From positions 117,738,001 to 117,802,000 of the forward strand of contig OX597820.1 of assembly GCA_951406725.2 (NCBI GenBank): a DNA stretch of 64,000 nt, written 5' to 3'. The position numbers and the translations under genes were made by a program. Source of the DNA: Octopus vulgaris. Lineage: Eukaryota. Shown piece by piece: positions 25,881-38,143 of the stretch (positions are counted from its first letter, which is position 1; each line of letters starts with the position of its first letter). The notes under the pieces were generated by a model. That model saw only the letters and a list, made by a program, of their open reading frames with translations. It made no database searches and was not told the origin of the DNA.

Positions 25881-27379
25881 TATGTATATATTTGTTAAAT
25901 CTGGTGCAGGCTTCTCTGCCTGGCCGGTTCCTGTCAAATCATCTCACCGTTGCCAGAATGGAAGGCAGACATTAAACAAGGATGACAACAACTCCATAAT
26001 TATGGAAATACAAAGTTTTAAAAATATCAATTCCAAGCTTTCCTTACTTCCTCTTGGCACAAGTCTGGGACCAATAAATGAAATCTCCAAGACAGTGGAT
26101 TAGCAGAATTACTGAAATATCAGATGTAATTGCTTTTCTAACGAACTTCAGTGTTTGCGATTAAAAACTCGTTAATCTTTTCTTCTTTAAGCCATAAAGT
26201 ATTTTAGCCAATTTGCTTTATTTCATCAACTGTGGCCATGCTGGGGCAATGCTTTGACTTTTTAGTTGAATGAATCACCCCCAATACTTATATTTTTAAG
26301 CCCATTACTTATGCTATCAGTCCCCTTTGCTGAACCACTAAGTTACAGAGATGTAAACATAACACTGGCTGTCAGGTGGCAGTGAGAGAGAAATAGACAT
26401 ATATACGATGGGCTTCTTTCAGTTTCTGTCAACCAAATCCACTCACAAAGCTTTGGTTAGCCTGAGGCAATAAAAGATACTTGGTCAAGGGCCCACACAG
26501 TGGGTGTGAACCCAAAACCATGTGGTTGGGAGATAAACTTCTTACCATACAGCCACTATGGAGAACCTTAGGTAAACGTTTTCTTCTGTGGTGCATCAAA
26601 TAACAGTCATTAAAGATCATCATCATCGTTTAATGTCTGTTTTCCATGCTGGCATGGGTTGGATAGTTTGACTGAGGGCTGGCAAGCCAGAAGGCTGCAC
26701 CAGGCTCCAGTCTGATCTGGCAATGTTTCTACAGCTGGATGCCCTTCCTAACGCCAACCACTCAGGGTGTAGTGGGGGCTTTTTATGTGCCACCGGCACA
26801 GGAGCCAGTCAGGCGGGCATGGCATCGACCATGTTCGGATGGTGCTTTTTATGTGCCGCTGGCACAGGAGCCAGCCAGGGGACTCTGGCATCAACCACAT
26901 GCAGATATAATGAGTAAATATTCAACATGAATACTTGTAAAAATGTTATTAGTATTGTTATCAGTGGCAAATCTAAATAACTGATAACAATAACATTAGT
27001 GGTGGCAAGCGATCTATACATTAAATTCTTAATTATATTAAAGGGTACACGAAGCACCATATCAAGGAAATTTCTTGGGTTCATAAGTTCAAATGAAATC
27101 CTCAAAAGTGGGGCCTTGTTGTGGCCACAATCCATCCAGAGTTTGCAACAAATACAGGAATAGAAACTGGGGAAAGCACATTATATATATATACATACAT
27201 ACATTACATATATATACATACACATATATACATACATATATACACACACACACACATTTCTACAACAGTAACATTAACACAGACTTGTCCCTTGGCTTTA
27301 TAATGGTCACTGGTATCTCTTAAACACCCACCCACCTCATAAAGGGTGAATAGTTAAGAATGGAAATTAGAATTCTCAC

Positions 27380-27557
27380 CACTGAAAACCTTCTTCGTTT
27401 CTTTATGCATGTTTGAGACGGCAATGCGAGCAGCTAAAATGGCATAGTCTGGGTGCTTGGTGGTCATAGTGGCAGCAGTCTCGGCAGCCAGGTTATCCAA
27501 TTCGACAGTCGTCACACCAGAATAGAGACCGTTGATGACTTTCATGGTGATGTTTTC
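27380..27557 (-). CDS. RRM1: RRM1 exon 3 ([12 protein letters not shown]...HKETKKVFS)
   Basis: 178 nt, AG/GT; [11 protein letters not shown] and [15 protein letters not shown] motifs. Confidence 0.97.
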
Positions 27558-30500
27558 CTAAAATAAAATATTAAAGAAAGGCAATATACACTAAATGTCT
27601 AAGCCCTCCACATGTGGTACATGTAAATACACAAATCAAAATTGCAAAGCCTCTACAAACTCAATATGCTATAAACAACAGCTAAATCTCTGACCCCCTG
27701 ATACATACAAGCACTGGATGTTCTGTGAGAAAGAAGCATCACAGTCAGAGCAATGCTAAACCAAACCTCAATACGGAACAATTGTCCGCACTAACCAATG
27801 CACCCGTATATAAAAGAATTAAGACTATTTCCACCACCATCCCCATTTCAAAAATTCCATTTTAAATAAAGAAACGAATTTAATGAAGTATCCGATAAAC
27901 TGGTCCATTCCGTCACCTAAACTGCATCCAACTGCAAGAATTCCATGTACTCCTCCACTCCACCCTTAGGATTTGTGGAACTGGAAAGTCGTCGGCATTC
28001 TTCAAGGAGTTATGAGAATAAAAAGGCAAAAAACTTTCTATCTGTTAAATTTATTATTTCACAATGATTTCTCGATTTAATACTTTCGTTCCTTCTTGTA
28101 ATTCAATGAATGTAAAAAAATGTTTGGGCATAAATACACAAGTGTGCCCCACCAACTTTTTGCCTTATCTCTCCCACGCCCGAAATATTTTTCACATTGA
28201 GTTCCGATATAATCGTAATTCTATACCATCTGAAATATATTTAAAAATTTTATCTAAAAATGTATCAATTATTCAGAAAGTTATAAGGCAAAAAGTCGGT
28301 GGGGCACACTTGTGTATTTATGCCCAAACATTTGTTTACATTTATTGAATAATAATAAGGAACGAAATTTTTACATTTTTAGATAAAATTTTTAAATATA
28401 TTTCAGATGGTATAGATTACGATTATTTCGGAACTCAATGTGAAAAATATTTCGGACGTTGGGAAGAGAGGAAGTTCGGATAATTCACACATCGTTTTTG
28501 TTTCCTCATACACTGAGAATATAGATTACAATTATGTTGAAAAAAAAAAAAAGATAAAATAATTACTTTTGCGGACAATTTCACGTTTTTTCCTTCTGGA
28601 ATTGGTGAAATTAATATTTTATAATTAAATGAAACTTCCCAAGCCTATAGCATACGAAACAGTCACACCAACAAATTCATCTGATAATTGTTTCTCCTAA
28701 TTATCCCGGTGTCGCAGGAAACTAAATTTAAGTTTCTCGAAGGGAAATAGGGAAACAGCCCTCAAAAGTAATTTTATTTTTTTACTGAAGAAATGGACCA
28801 AGTTTTGATAAACTCGGCCTTTCGGAAAATATTAGATGTCAACATTTAATCAGCTGTATCTAATTAATGATAAAGGGTGAAGAGTTCCTTCAGTCACGAA
28901 TGACCATGGGATGGATTGCACCTAGAAAGTTCCCAAGCTGGGGCAAGGTTGTTTGTGGAATACCAGCAGCCCGCCATCCATGCCAGCCTCCCCTCTCACT
29001 GCCACCGATGTTATTATCCAAGCGAAAGGCTAAGGGGCCAAATACAGATTGGCACCAGTGACGTTGCTACAGCTGAGTGAACTGGACCAACATGTTATAA
29101 AGTGTCCCAGTCCGAGAATCGAACTCACTTTCTCACAATTGTGAGCCCGATGTTGCGATATTCTAACCAGAGCCATGCACCTAACAATTATAGCAGAAAT
29201 ATAAATCTATGGGGGGCAAAAGGCCGTTTCGATCGCATTCCTTTTGAGAGAATTTAAGAATTTCTTCTTAACCGTTTAAAATCAATCAGGTGTGGGACAG
29301 GGTAAATAAACTGCTTCGGCGACAGTTTCAAGGGCTTCCTTTTATTTTCCTCTTATTGTTTGGAGAATATAAACTAGATAAAGATATCCAAAATTACACA
29401 CACACACACACACATGTGCGCGTATATTCCTCAAACAGCGGATTCGTAATAAAAATTTCAGCGGAAAAAAAAAAACTTTCCATTTCGCCAATAATTTACT
29501 ATAAATTTATTTTAAGCCCCGATCCATGAGATATCCCATGATAATAGCAAATCCAAAGATATGTCTTCGAAGTTTAAAGTTTTTTTTTTTCTCATTGATA
29601 GTTTTCATTCCATTCGTTGAGATTAACTCAATTCAAAACCTTAACTATTCCTGGATTGTATAAATGAAATTCTTTTCACTTAGCAAAATTCTGAAGCTTT
29701 GATTAAATAATAAAATTTTTAAAATAATTTCGCCACGTAATTGTCGAATTTAATTAAAAAATAAAAAAAAAGGTTTCAATTAAAATAAATTTAAAAAATA
29801 TATGCCACTGTATTCTGTTGAATGATTAATATTAAATGCGATAAAATTAGTGATATCAATTGTTGCTTATATAATGACCTACAACAAATTTCCCGCCAGT
29901 AATGTTGGTTTGATTAACCACAAAAGAGGGGGGAAATGTCCGTCGAAAACAACCAAGACAATTTCACTGGGATTCGAACTCAAAAATAACAAGGGTGCCT
30001 TATTTAACAGTGAAATATCCAGGGTCCGTTTTCCTATTGTGTCCGTTGTTACCCAATGTCTTTTCCCGCCCTATTCAATTACACCCGTCTTTAACAACAC
30101 AGCTGATAGTAAATGCAAATCATATTTCTAAGTTATTAATCTCGTAATTAAATTCTGTTGTCCCTGGAATCAAACTTTCAAGTCCTTGCAAACGATGCCA
30201 GCAAATAAGAAGTTAACCATTTTGGCGGACTTTCGGAATAGGTGTGCCGTTATCTTTTAACTGTGAATCAACTCAAGAATAATTTTCTCATCTGCAACCG
30301 TTAACTGCATTAACTCATTATAAACACACAACGATGATGTATTTCGACGGTTTAATTCTGCGAGGCGAATATTTGGCGGAATTCTGGTTTATCCACAAGT
30401 AGCAAACAAAGGCCAACTAGAATCAGCCGCCAAATCAACACCAACTGTTTTAAACAATACAGAACACATTAATTGTACTGCTACATACATATTTAAACTG

Positions 30501-31102
30501 AAGGTGGGGTGATCACGATTTAATTCCAATTTAATACAATAAGCTTTAGTCTGCTAACCACCAGACCGAATTCCTCTACCGACCAGGCTACAACAACCAT
30601 CCACTGAAAACGGAACAAAACACAGAAGTAATCTTCGATTTCTCTGCACCGGACAAAATATCAACTAAAAATTGTTAATAAATACATTAAAATATTCTTT
30701 AAAATTGTAAAAAGAAGGGAGAAGTGCTAACCAACCATTTCTTTATATATATATAACATATATGAAAATAAAAGAATAGAAATGTAACAAGTTCGAGGCT
30801 AAATAATAATGGAAATAAAAGATCGAAGTTCTAAAAATGATCCACGATTCTAATAATGGTCAGCTTGTTCGTCTTCTGTCAATTATTCCTTTGTTGATGA
30901 GTTTAGCATGAAATCAGATTAAATTGTTTTTGTTAACGAATAAAAAGGAACAGAAGGGAAAAAGCTTGAAATCGTAACGGGACTTGCAAGCTGTGAATGG
31001 AATTATAATAGAGGAAATAGAGGCATAACTACAGCTAGAAACAATAATAATTAAATAAATCTAATTTCTCTAATGTTAAATATAAACAAAATATTTTAAT
31101 AC

Positions 31103-31191
31103 CGGTCGGATGAAGTCCATATTAAGATTATAACATAACTTCTTGATCCGAGATGTGATTTTGTCGAAATGGATATCCTCTTTGCGCCCAT
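31103..31191 (-). CDS. RRM1: RRM1 exon 2 ([30 protein letters not shown])
   Basis: 89 nt, tttcag acceptor, GT donor, ATP-cone motif FDKITSRI. Confidence 0.95.
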
Positions 31192-31482
31192 CTGAAAACA
31201 AAGATTTTTTCAATTAAAAAGAGTTTGCATTAAGGTTTTTCGAAAAAAAAAGAATGTAATATGTTTCTGTCAGATTTTTTTCTTTTTGTATGACAAAATT
31301 TATGTATTTTTTTTGTTTTTATCTTAGGCCGGGCAACTTAAGAAGTTGTTAATTCTGAGAGAATACACAACAACGATTCCCAGTTGAATAAAATAAATAT
31401 ATATATATATAGGTACTGACAAGTACCATATATAGATGAGTGTATAGATGAAATAAAGAAGGTGCGTTGGGATGATACAAAC

Positions 31483-31516
31483 CTCTTTTAACAACATATA
31501 AATGCGGAGAATTCAT
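31483..31516 (-). CDS. RRM1: RRM1 coding exon 1 (MNSPHLYVVKR)
   Basis: ATG at 31516; YVVKR matches the start of the RNR R1 ATP-cone (VxKRDG); GT donor at 31482; phase 1 joins exon 2 in frame. Confidence 0.9.
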
Positions 31517-31579
31517 GTTGATTGCTTGAAGAGAACTGACAGCACAAAACCTGGCAAGTCAGACAATTGTGAACAACTG

Positions 31580-31730
31580 AATAAGCGCCAAACACAAAAC
31601 GGCGGGTAAACAGAACACAGCGGTCACGGGATCAATATCGCAGCGATTTCATTGGTCAATAGTTACCAGTTATTGAATAAGAACACAAGTTGTTGTTTTG
31701 GTTCAAACTTAGACGAATGATTGGCATAAA
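31580..31730 (-). promoter_or_regulatory. RRM1 proximal promoter with E2F-type, CCAAT and CHR-type sites
   Basis: On the minus strand: TTTGGCGC (31585-31592), TTTACCCGCC (31601-31610), CCAAT (31651-31655, 31720-31724), TTTGAA (31702-31707), all 70-210 bp upstream of the ATG; typical S-phase gene architecture. Confidence 0.6.
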
Positions 31731-31900
31731 AAAAATAAACATTTTTCGTTTAAAAATTGCGAAGGCGCACTACACGCCGTCTCAAAAGTATGGGTTGTCG
31801 TAATTGCGTATTAGTGAACAGGATTATTTTTCTCCTGCTCGGTGAGTGTGAAATGAGGATTCTAGGTTCAGCCACACCTGTACAATTCTGTCTACATACC

Positions 31901-32307
31901 TATTTCTTTACTACCCACAAGGGGCTAAACACAGAGGGGACAAACAAGGAGAGACACGCGGGTGAGGTCGATTACATCGACCCTAGTGTGTAACTGGTAC
32001 TTATTTAATCGACCCCGAAAGGATGAAAGGCAAAGTCGACCGCGGCGGAATTTGAACTCAGAACGTAACGGCAGACGAAATACCTATTTCTTTATTACCC
32101 ACAAGGGGCTAAACACAGAGGGGACAAACAAGGACAGACACGCGGATTACATCGACCCCAGTGCGTAACTGGTACTTAATTTATCGACCCCGAAAGGATG
32201 AAAGGCAAAGTCGACCTCGGCGGAATTTGAACTCAGAACGCAGCGGCGGACGAAATACCGCTAAGCATTTCGCCCGGCGTGCTAACGATTCTGCCAGCTC
32301 GCCACCT
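31901..32307 (-). mobile_element. tRNA-derived (CORE-like) SINE family 2, one head plus two bodies
   Basis: Head GGTGGCGAGCTGGCAGAATCGTTAGC..GAGTTCAAATTCC; 17-bp TSD AATTCT(G/A)TCTACATACC; monomers at 13950-14152, 14981-15213 and 48310-48541. Confidence 0.85.
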
Positions 32308-33844
32308 AATTCTATCTACATACCATGAGGTAAACTTCGATAACGGAGATTATAATGAACGTGCAATTAAGACAAATCTCCCTCCAGAAATATTTGATAT
32401 CAAGAAAGAGAGATAACTGCAAAAATATTAGAAGATAGTAATGAATCGTGTCTCTAAATCAACAGATGACATCAACGGACATGTTTCAAACTTATTAGAT
32501 CTCATCAGTAGAGGATTTTCTATCCACCTGATAAAACTTTACATGTCATTAGTATTTTCTTTTATATTCTTTCATTGTTTCAGTTATTGCACTGTGGCCA
32601 TGTTGGAGCATCACATTGAAGGGTTCAAAGTCGAATAAATCGACCCCAGGACTTATTTTTCCGTTTAAGTTTGGTACTTTTTCTATCCGACTCGTTTACC
32701 GAACCGTTAAGTTACGGCGAGGTTAACAAACCAACACCGGTTGTCAAGTGCTGGGGAGGGTCAAAAGGGAGACAGAAAGGCACATACATACATACACATA
32801 CATACACACACATACACACACACATACATACATACACACACACATACATACACACACATACACACACACACACACATACATACATACATACATACATACA
32901 TACATACATACATACATACATACAAGGTTAACAAACCAACACCGGTTGTCAAGTGCTGGGGAGGGTCAAAAAGGAGACACAAAGGCACATACATACATAC
33001 GTACATATATACACACACACACACATATATACACACATACATACATACATACATACACACACACATACATACACACACACATACATATATTTTAAGCCCC
33101 GCTCCAAGAGACGTCTCATGTTGATGGAAAATCCGAAAATATGTCTACGAAGTTTAATGAAAAGATGTTTATAATATATATTCCGTTCGTTGAGATTAAC
33201 GTAATTCGAAATCTAAACTATTCCTGGATTGTATAAATGAAATCCTTCCTTTTCACTGATTTAATAAAAAGAAATGACTTTGCCAGGTAATTGCCGAATT
33301 TATTAAAAAAAAAGAAAACTTCGGTGAAGATAAATAAAAAGTACACGTCACTCTATCCCGTTAAACGATTAATATAAACGCGGTAAAATTAGTAATGTTG
33401 GTTTAACTTGATTAACCACAAAGGGGGAATGTGTCCATCGAAAACGCCCCTCAGAGAAAACACCAAGTCAATTTCACTGAGATTCGAACTCAAAAATAAC
33501 AAAGGTGCTCGGTGGCCTGGGAAGAAAATTTTCTAAGGGAGTGCAAACCCAGGTTCAAATTTTTTTATGTAAAAAAGTGGATTTTTCAATGTTAACATTA
33601 AAACAAATGCGGGTATAATAATAATAATAATTTTTATTATTATGTATTAAGTAATTGAAGTGCTTGGATAGCACTGGTGAAGAAGCTATCCTGTTGGTCA
33701 CACAATTTATCGACCCCGAAAGGATGAAAGGCAAAGTCGACCTCGGCGGAATTTGAACTCAGAACGTAGCGGCAGACGAAATACCTATTTCGTTACTACA
33801 GGCAAGGGGTTAAACACAGAGGGGACAAACAAGGACAGACATTA

Positions 33845-34300
33845 TGAGTGATGGCTGAAATGTTGATAGGCTGAGCAAGACACTCTCGTGGAATGTGACC
33901 AAATGAAGTTCATTTTTTAATGTGGTTCCTCTCTCATTGTCCACACACTTCCATAAGTAATGTTGGTCAAAATGGTCATCAACAGCAGATAAGACGTCAT
34001 CCTCACAGTGATGCTGGTGTCCAGCCGAGTGTTTTTCTATGTTGGGAAACGGATGATAAACAGATGGAACCAAATCACTGACATAGGGAGGGGTAATCAA
34101 CCAGTTCAAAGCCTGTCACGCACGGCAAGCATTGAAACCAAGGAGTTGTGTGCTGAAGCATTGTCCTAATGAAACTAGACCCCCATCCATCAGTTTTTTT
34201 CTGGGTGTTTGGTCTTGATAGCCTTTCATAACTGACCTTAGCAAGTTGGCATTGAACTTGCCATTGATGGTTTCATCATTTTGAAGATAGTCAATAAACA
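33845..34300 (-). mobile_element. Mariner transposase remnant
   Basis: PPYVSDLVPSVYHPFPNIEK (consensus PPYSPDLAPSDYHLF) and IVFIDYL..ETING motifs. Confidence 0.75.
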
Positions 34301-35245
34301 CAATATTTTTTTGCATTAGCGTATAGTATATGTAATAATGTGAAATACATTTTGCATATTTCCGCATGATTTTTCAGGATGATTTTAATATAAGCCTCTC
34401 CCTTAGAATAAGCCTTAGTTGAGACCGGCAGAGAGCCCCTTCGTATTGGTTCAGACCGCTTTGTTGTGGTGTGTTCAAACCATCTTTTTTGGCGGCTAAA
34501 AATAATGACGTCACAAAATCTATCCTGGAGTCCCTTTCATAACCCAAATATTCTTTTCTACTCTAGACACAAGGCCCGAAATTTGGGGTGAAGGGACCAG
34601 TCGATTAAATCAACTCCAGTTCGCAACTGGTACTTAATTTATCGACCCCAAAAGGCAAAGTCGACCTCGGCGGAATTTGAACTCAGAACGTGAAGACAGA
34701 CGAAAAACCTATTTCTTTACTACCCACAAGGGGCTAAATACAGAGAGGACAACAAGGACAGACAAACGGATTAATTCGATTATATCGACCCCAGTGCGTA
34801 ACTGGTACTTATTTAATCGACCCCGAAAGGATAAAAAGGCAAAGCCGACCTCGTTGGAATTTGAACTCAGAACGTAGCGGCAGACGAAATACTGCTAAGC
34901 ATTTCACCCGGTGTGCTAACGGTTCTGCCAGCTCGCTGCCATGGACATCTTCGATGATAAAAGAAATTTACAATCCTCAAACAGTCAAATTGAATTTTTT
35001 TTTAAGAATTTTCAAGGTTGTACGGATTTTAATACTCTCTTTTACTCTTTTACTTGTTTCAGTCATTTGACTGCGGCCATGCTGGAGCAACGCCTTTAGT
35101 CGAGCAAATCGACCCCGGGACTTATTCTTTGGAAGCCCAGTACTTATTCTATCGGTCTCTTTTGCCGAACCGCTAAGTGACGGGGACGTAAACACACCAG
35201 CATCGGTTGTCAAGCAATGCTAGAGGGACAAACACAGACACACAA

Positions 35246-35321
<76 letters not shown>

Positions 35322-36362
35322 AATCCAAACGGGAAACAAAAAAACAACAACAATGGAACAATTACAGTATTATTATTAATAGGCGCTCAGGAAATGGAAG
35401 CAGGGAGGTATGACGTTTCGAGCGGAGCTCTTCGTCGGAAACATAAAGAAGGAAGAGAGAGGAAAGAAAGATCCCGGAGCGGGCAACGGAGATAGAGAAA
35501 AAAACGGCTGGTGTTAGGAGTCGCACATGGTGAAAGGCGGATGTTTACGATAACAAGAGCAAAGTGGGTTTTTAAAGGCAAAAGAGTGGAGACAAGGTTG
35601 GTAACGCAACAGATGTGTGTGTATGTGTGAGTGTGTGCGTGTGCGTGTGTGTATGTGTGTGTGTGAGGCGAGGTAAAAAAAACAAAAAATATATGTATGT
35701 GTTAGTGTGTGCGTCTGTGTGTAGGCGTGTAGGTAGGGCGAGACGGTGGTCAGCATAGCAGCAGCATAGCAGACAAAGGTCAGTAGTGAGAACAGGAGGA
35801 AGGGAGGGAGGGGGGAAGGGGTGGGGGCGTATGTAGCGTGCCAGCGTGTGTTGAGTAGTAGTGTGTGTGTGTGTCCAGTGTCGTGGTAGTATTAGTGGCG
35901 AGTAGATTGAATGTGTGTAAGAGTGATGTATATGTTTAAGCAATGTGTGTATATGTGTGCGCGTGTGTGTAACGAAAAAAGGGGGGGGGGGGTTAGGAAA
36001 AGGACTCCAGCGGAGGGGAAGATGGAAGAGTGGTCCCGCGGAGACGGGCGTGGGAAAACCCAACGACAAGCGACATCCCAGGAACGGGCGGGAGGTCTCG
36101 TCGGGTCCAAGGGCGAGGTGCATGCGGTGCGCATGCGTGCGCGAACCGGCGCAAACGCGTGTGTGCGCGAGCCTGCGAGTGTGCGCGTACGTATGTGTGC
36201 GTGTGGATGTGTGAGTGTGTCTGTGTGTATGTCTGGGTGGCAGTGTGTCCGATGAATGTATGTGAGTATGTGTGTATATATGTGTGTGCATAGATGTATG
36301 TCCGTGTGTGTGTGTGTGTGTGTGTATGAGTGTGTATGTATGTACGTGTGGGTGTGGGGAAG

Positions 36363-36997
36363 TTTCTGAGAATGTGAAATTATGAAGAACGAATCTAAAC
36401 TGGAAGCCACTTATCAATTACTTGTAGTTACGTGACTTTTATTAATAGAAAGCGCAGGAGTGGCCGTGTGGTAAGTAGCTTGCTAACCAACCACATGGTT
36501 CCGGGTTCAGTCCCACTGCGTGGCATCTTGGGCAAGTGTCTTCTGCTATAGCCCCGGACCGACCAATGCCTTGTGAGTGGATTTGGTAGACGGAAACTGA
36601 AAGAAGCCTGTCGTATATATGTATATAAATATATATATATATATATATTTATATACATATATACGACAGGCTTCTTTCAGTTTCCGTCTACCAAATCCAC
36701 TCACAAGGCATTGGTCGGTCCGGGGATATATTTATATACATATATACGACAGGCTTCTTTCAGTTTCCGTCTACCAAATCCACTCACAAGGCATTGGTCG
36801 GTCCGGGGCTATAGCAGAAGACACTTGCCCAAGATGCCACGCAGTGGGACTGAACCCGGAACCATGTGGTTGGTTAGCAAGCTACTTACCACACGGCCAC
36901 TCCTGCGCTTTCTATTAATAAAAGTCACGTAACTACAAGTAATTGATAAGTGGCTTCCAGTTTAGATTCGTTCTTCATAATTTCACATTCTCAGAAA
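36363..36997. repeat. Perfect inverted duplication (about 255-bp arms) with an internal 80-bp tandem duplication
   Basis: 36363-36618 is the reverse complement of 36742-36997 and includes non-SINE flank. Confidence 0.9.
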
Positions 36998-37366
36998 AAA
37001 AAAAACATACATTCGGTTTTAATTTCATTTTCTAGGAAAAGACTCGTTTTTCTAAGAAAATATTTTTATTTTGTCGGGTACGAAGTTACTTTGACATTTA
37101 GAAAGATTAACACATCTGCTTAAATAGGCTACGTAAATCACTCCGCTCTCTCTCACATATAATAGTAGCGTACGTTATAAGTACTGCAATCCTTCGCATA
37201 TCGCGGGTGTTACATTCCAAAACCCTCCGTGATAAGTGAAAATCCGCGAAGTAGAAACAATACTATGCTGTATATTTTTTTATTATTATTTTTATAATTT
37301 GTATGTATTTATTTTATTATAAATGCAAAAACACCACCACACACTCGACTCCCGAGTTCCGTTTTC

Positions 37367-37615
37367 GGATCTTTTCGCTTTGACCGGCAGATTTTTAAGA
37401 TAATTTTCTTTGTTACTAAACACGTCATTGATTGGTTGAAATTGCCGAAATGCAAGAAATTAAACAACAAATAGCTTACAAACTACAGAATTTTCTCAAG
37501 AAAGCCAAGAGAAAAAGATGTTTTATGTAACACATTCGACCAGTATACGAAGTTTAAAAGTGTTTAGTTACAAAGAAATTATTTTTAAAATCTGCCGGTC
37601 AAACCGAAAAGATCC
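37367..37615. mobile_element. Merlin-like MITE, copy A
   Basis: TIR GGATCTTTTCG(G/C)TTTGACCGGCAG; 8-bp TSD CCGTTTTC. Confidence 0.8.
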
Positions 37616-37724
37616 CCGTTTTCCGTACAGTATGTACGATTCTTTATTTACTCATCTACGGTACTCTACGTATTTTCTTTTAGTATAATTTAATTAATGT
37701 ATTATACAGTGCAGTACTCTGCTG

Positions 37725-38143
37725 GGATCTTTTCGGTTTGAACGGCAGTTTTTTCTAGCGGTGTCATATGAAATTGTCACCCATAATTATGACCCTAGTA
37801 TCGATCTATTGCATTTCAATCTATTTTAGGGTTAGGGTTAGGGGTTGGGGGTAAGGGTATCTTTTTGTCTTCACAAATGTAAATAAACCCAATCTGTTTC
37901 TCAAACGAGGGACATATTCATACGGCACAGAATGTTTTTTTTACCTCAATAGACGTCAGTGATTGGTTGAAATTGCAGAAATTGAAGAAAAAAAACAACA
38001 AATATTTTACAAACTATAGAATTTTCTCAATAAAGCCAAGAGTAAAAGATGTTTTATAAACACATTCTACCAGTATACGAAGTTTAAAATTTTTGTAGTT
38101 ACCTAGAAATTGTTAAAAACTGCCGTTCAAACCGAAAAGATCC
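37725..38143. mobile_element. Merlin-like MITE, copy B
   Basis: TIR GGATCTTTTCGGTTTGAACGGCAG; 8-bp TSD CTCTGCTG; internal TTAGGG repeats. Confidence 0.85.

Noticed and set aside
35572-36417. 281-aa His/Thr-rich minus-strand ORF
   Set aside because: Open because CA-rich low-complexity sequence lacks stops; overlapping ORFs occur in several frames
37824-37850. TTAGGG repeats as an interstitial telomere or fusion scar
   Set aside because: Only 2-3 units and internal to a MITE present in several copies
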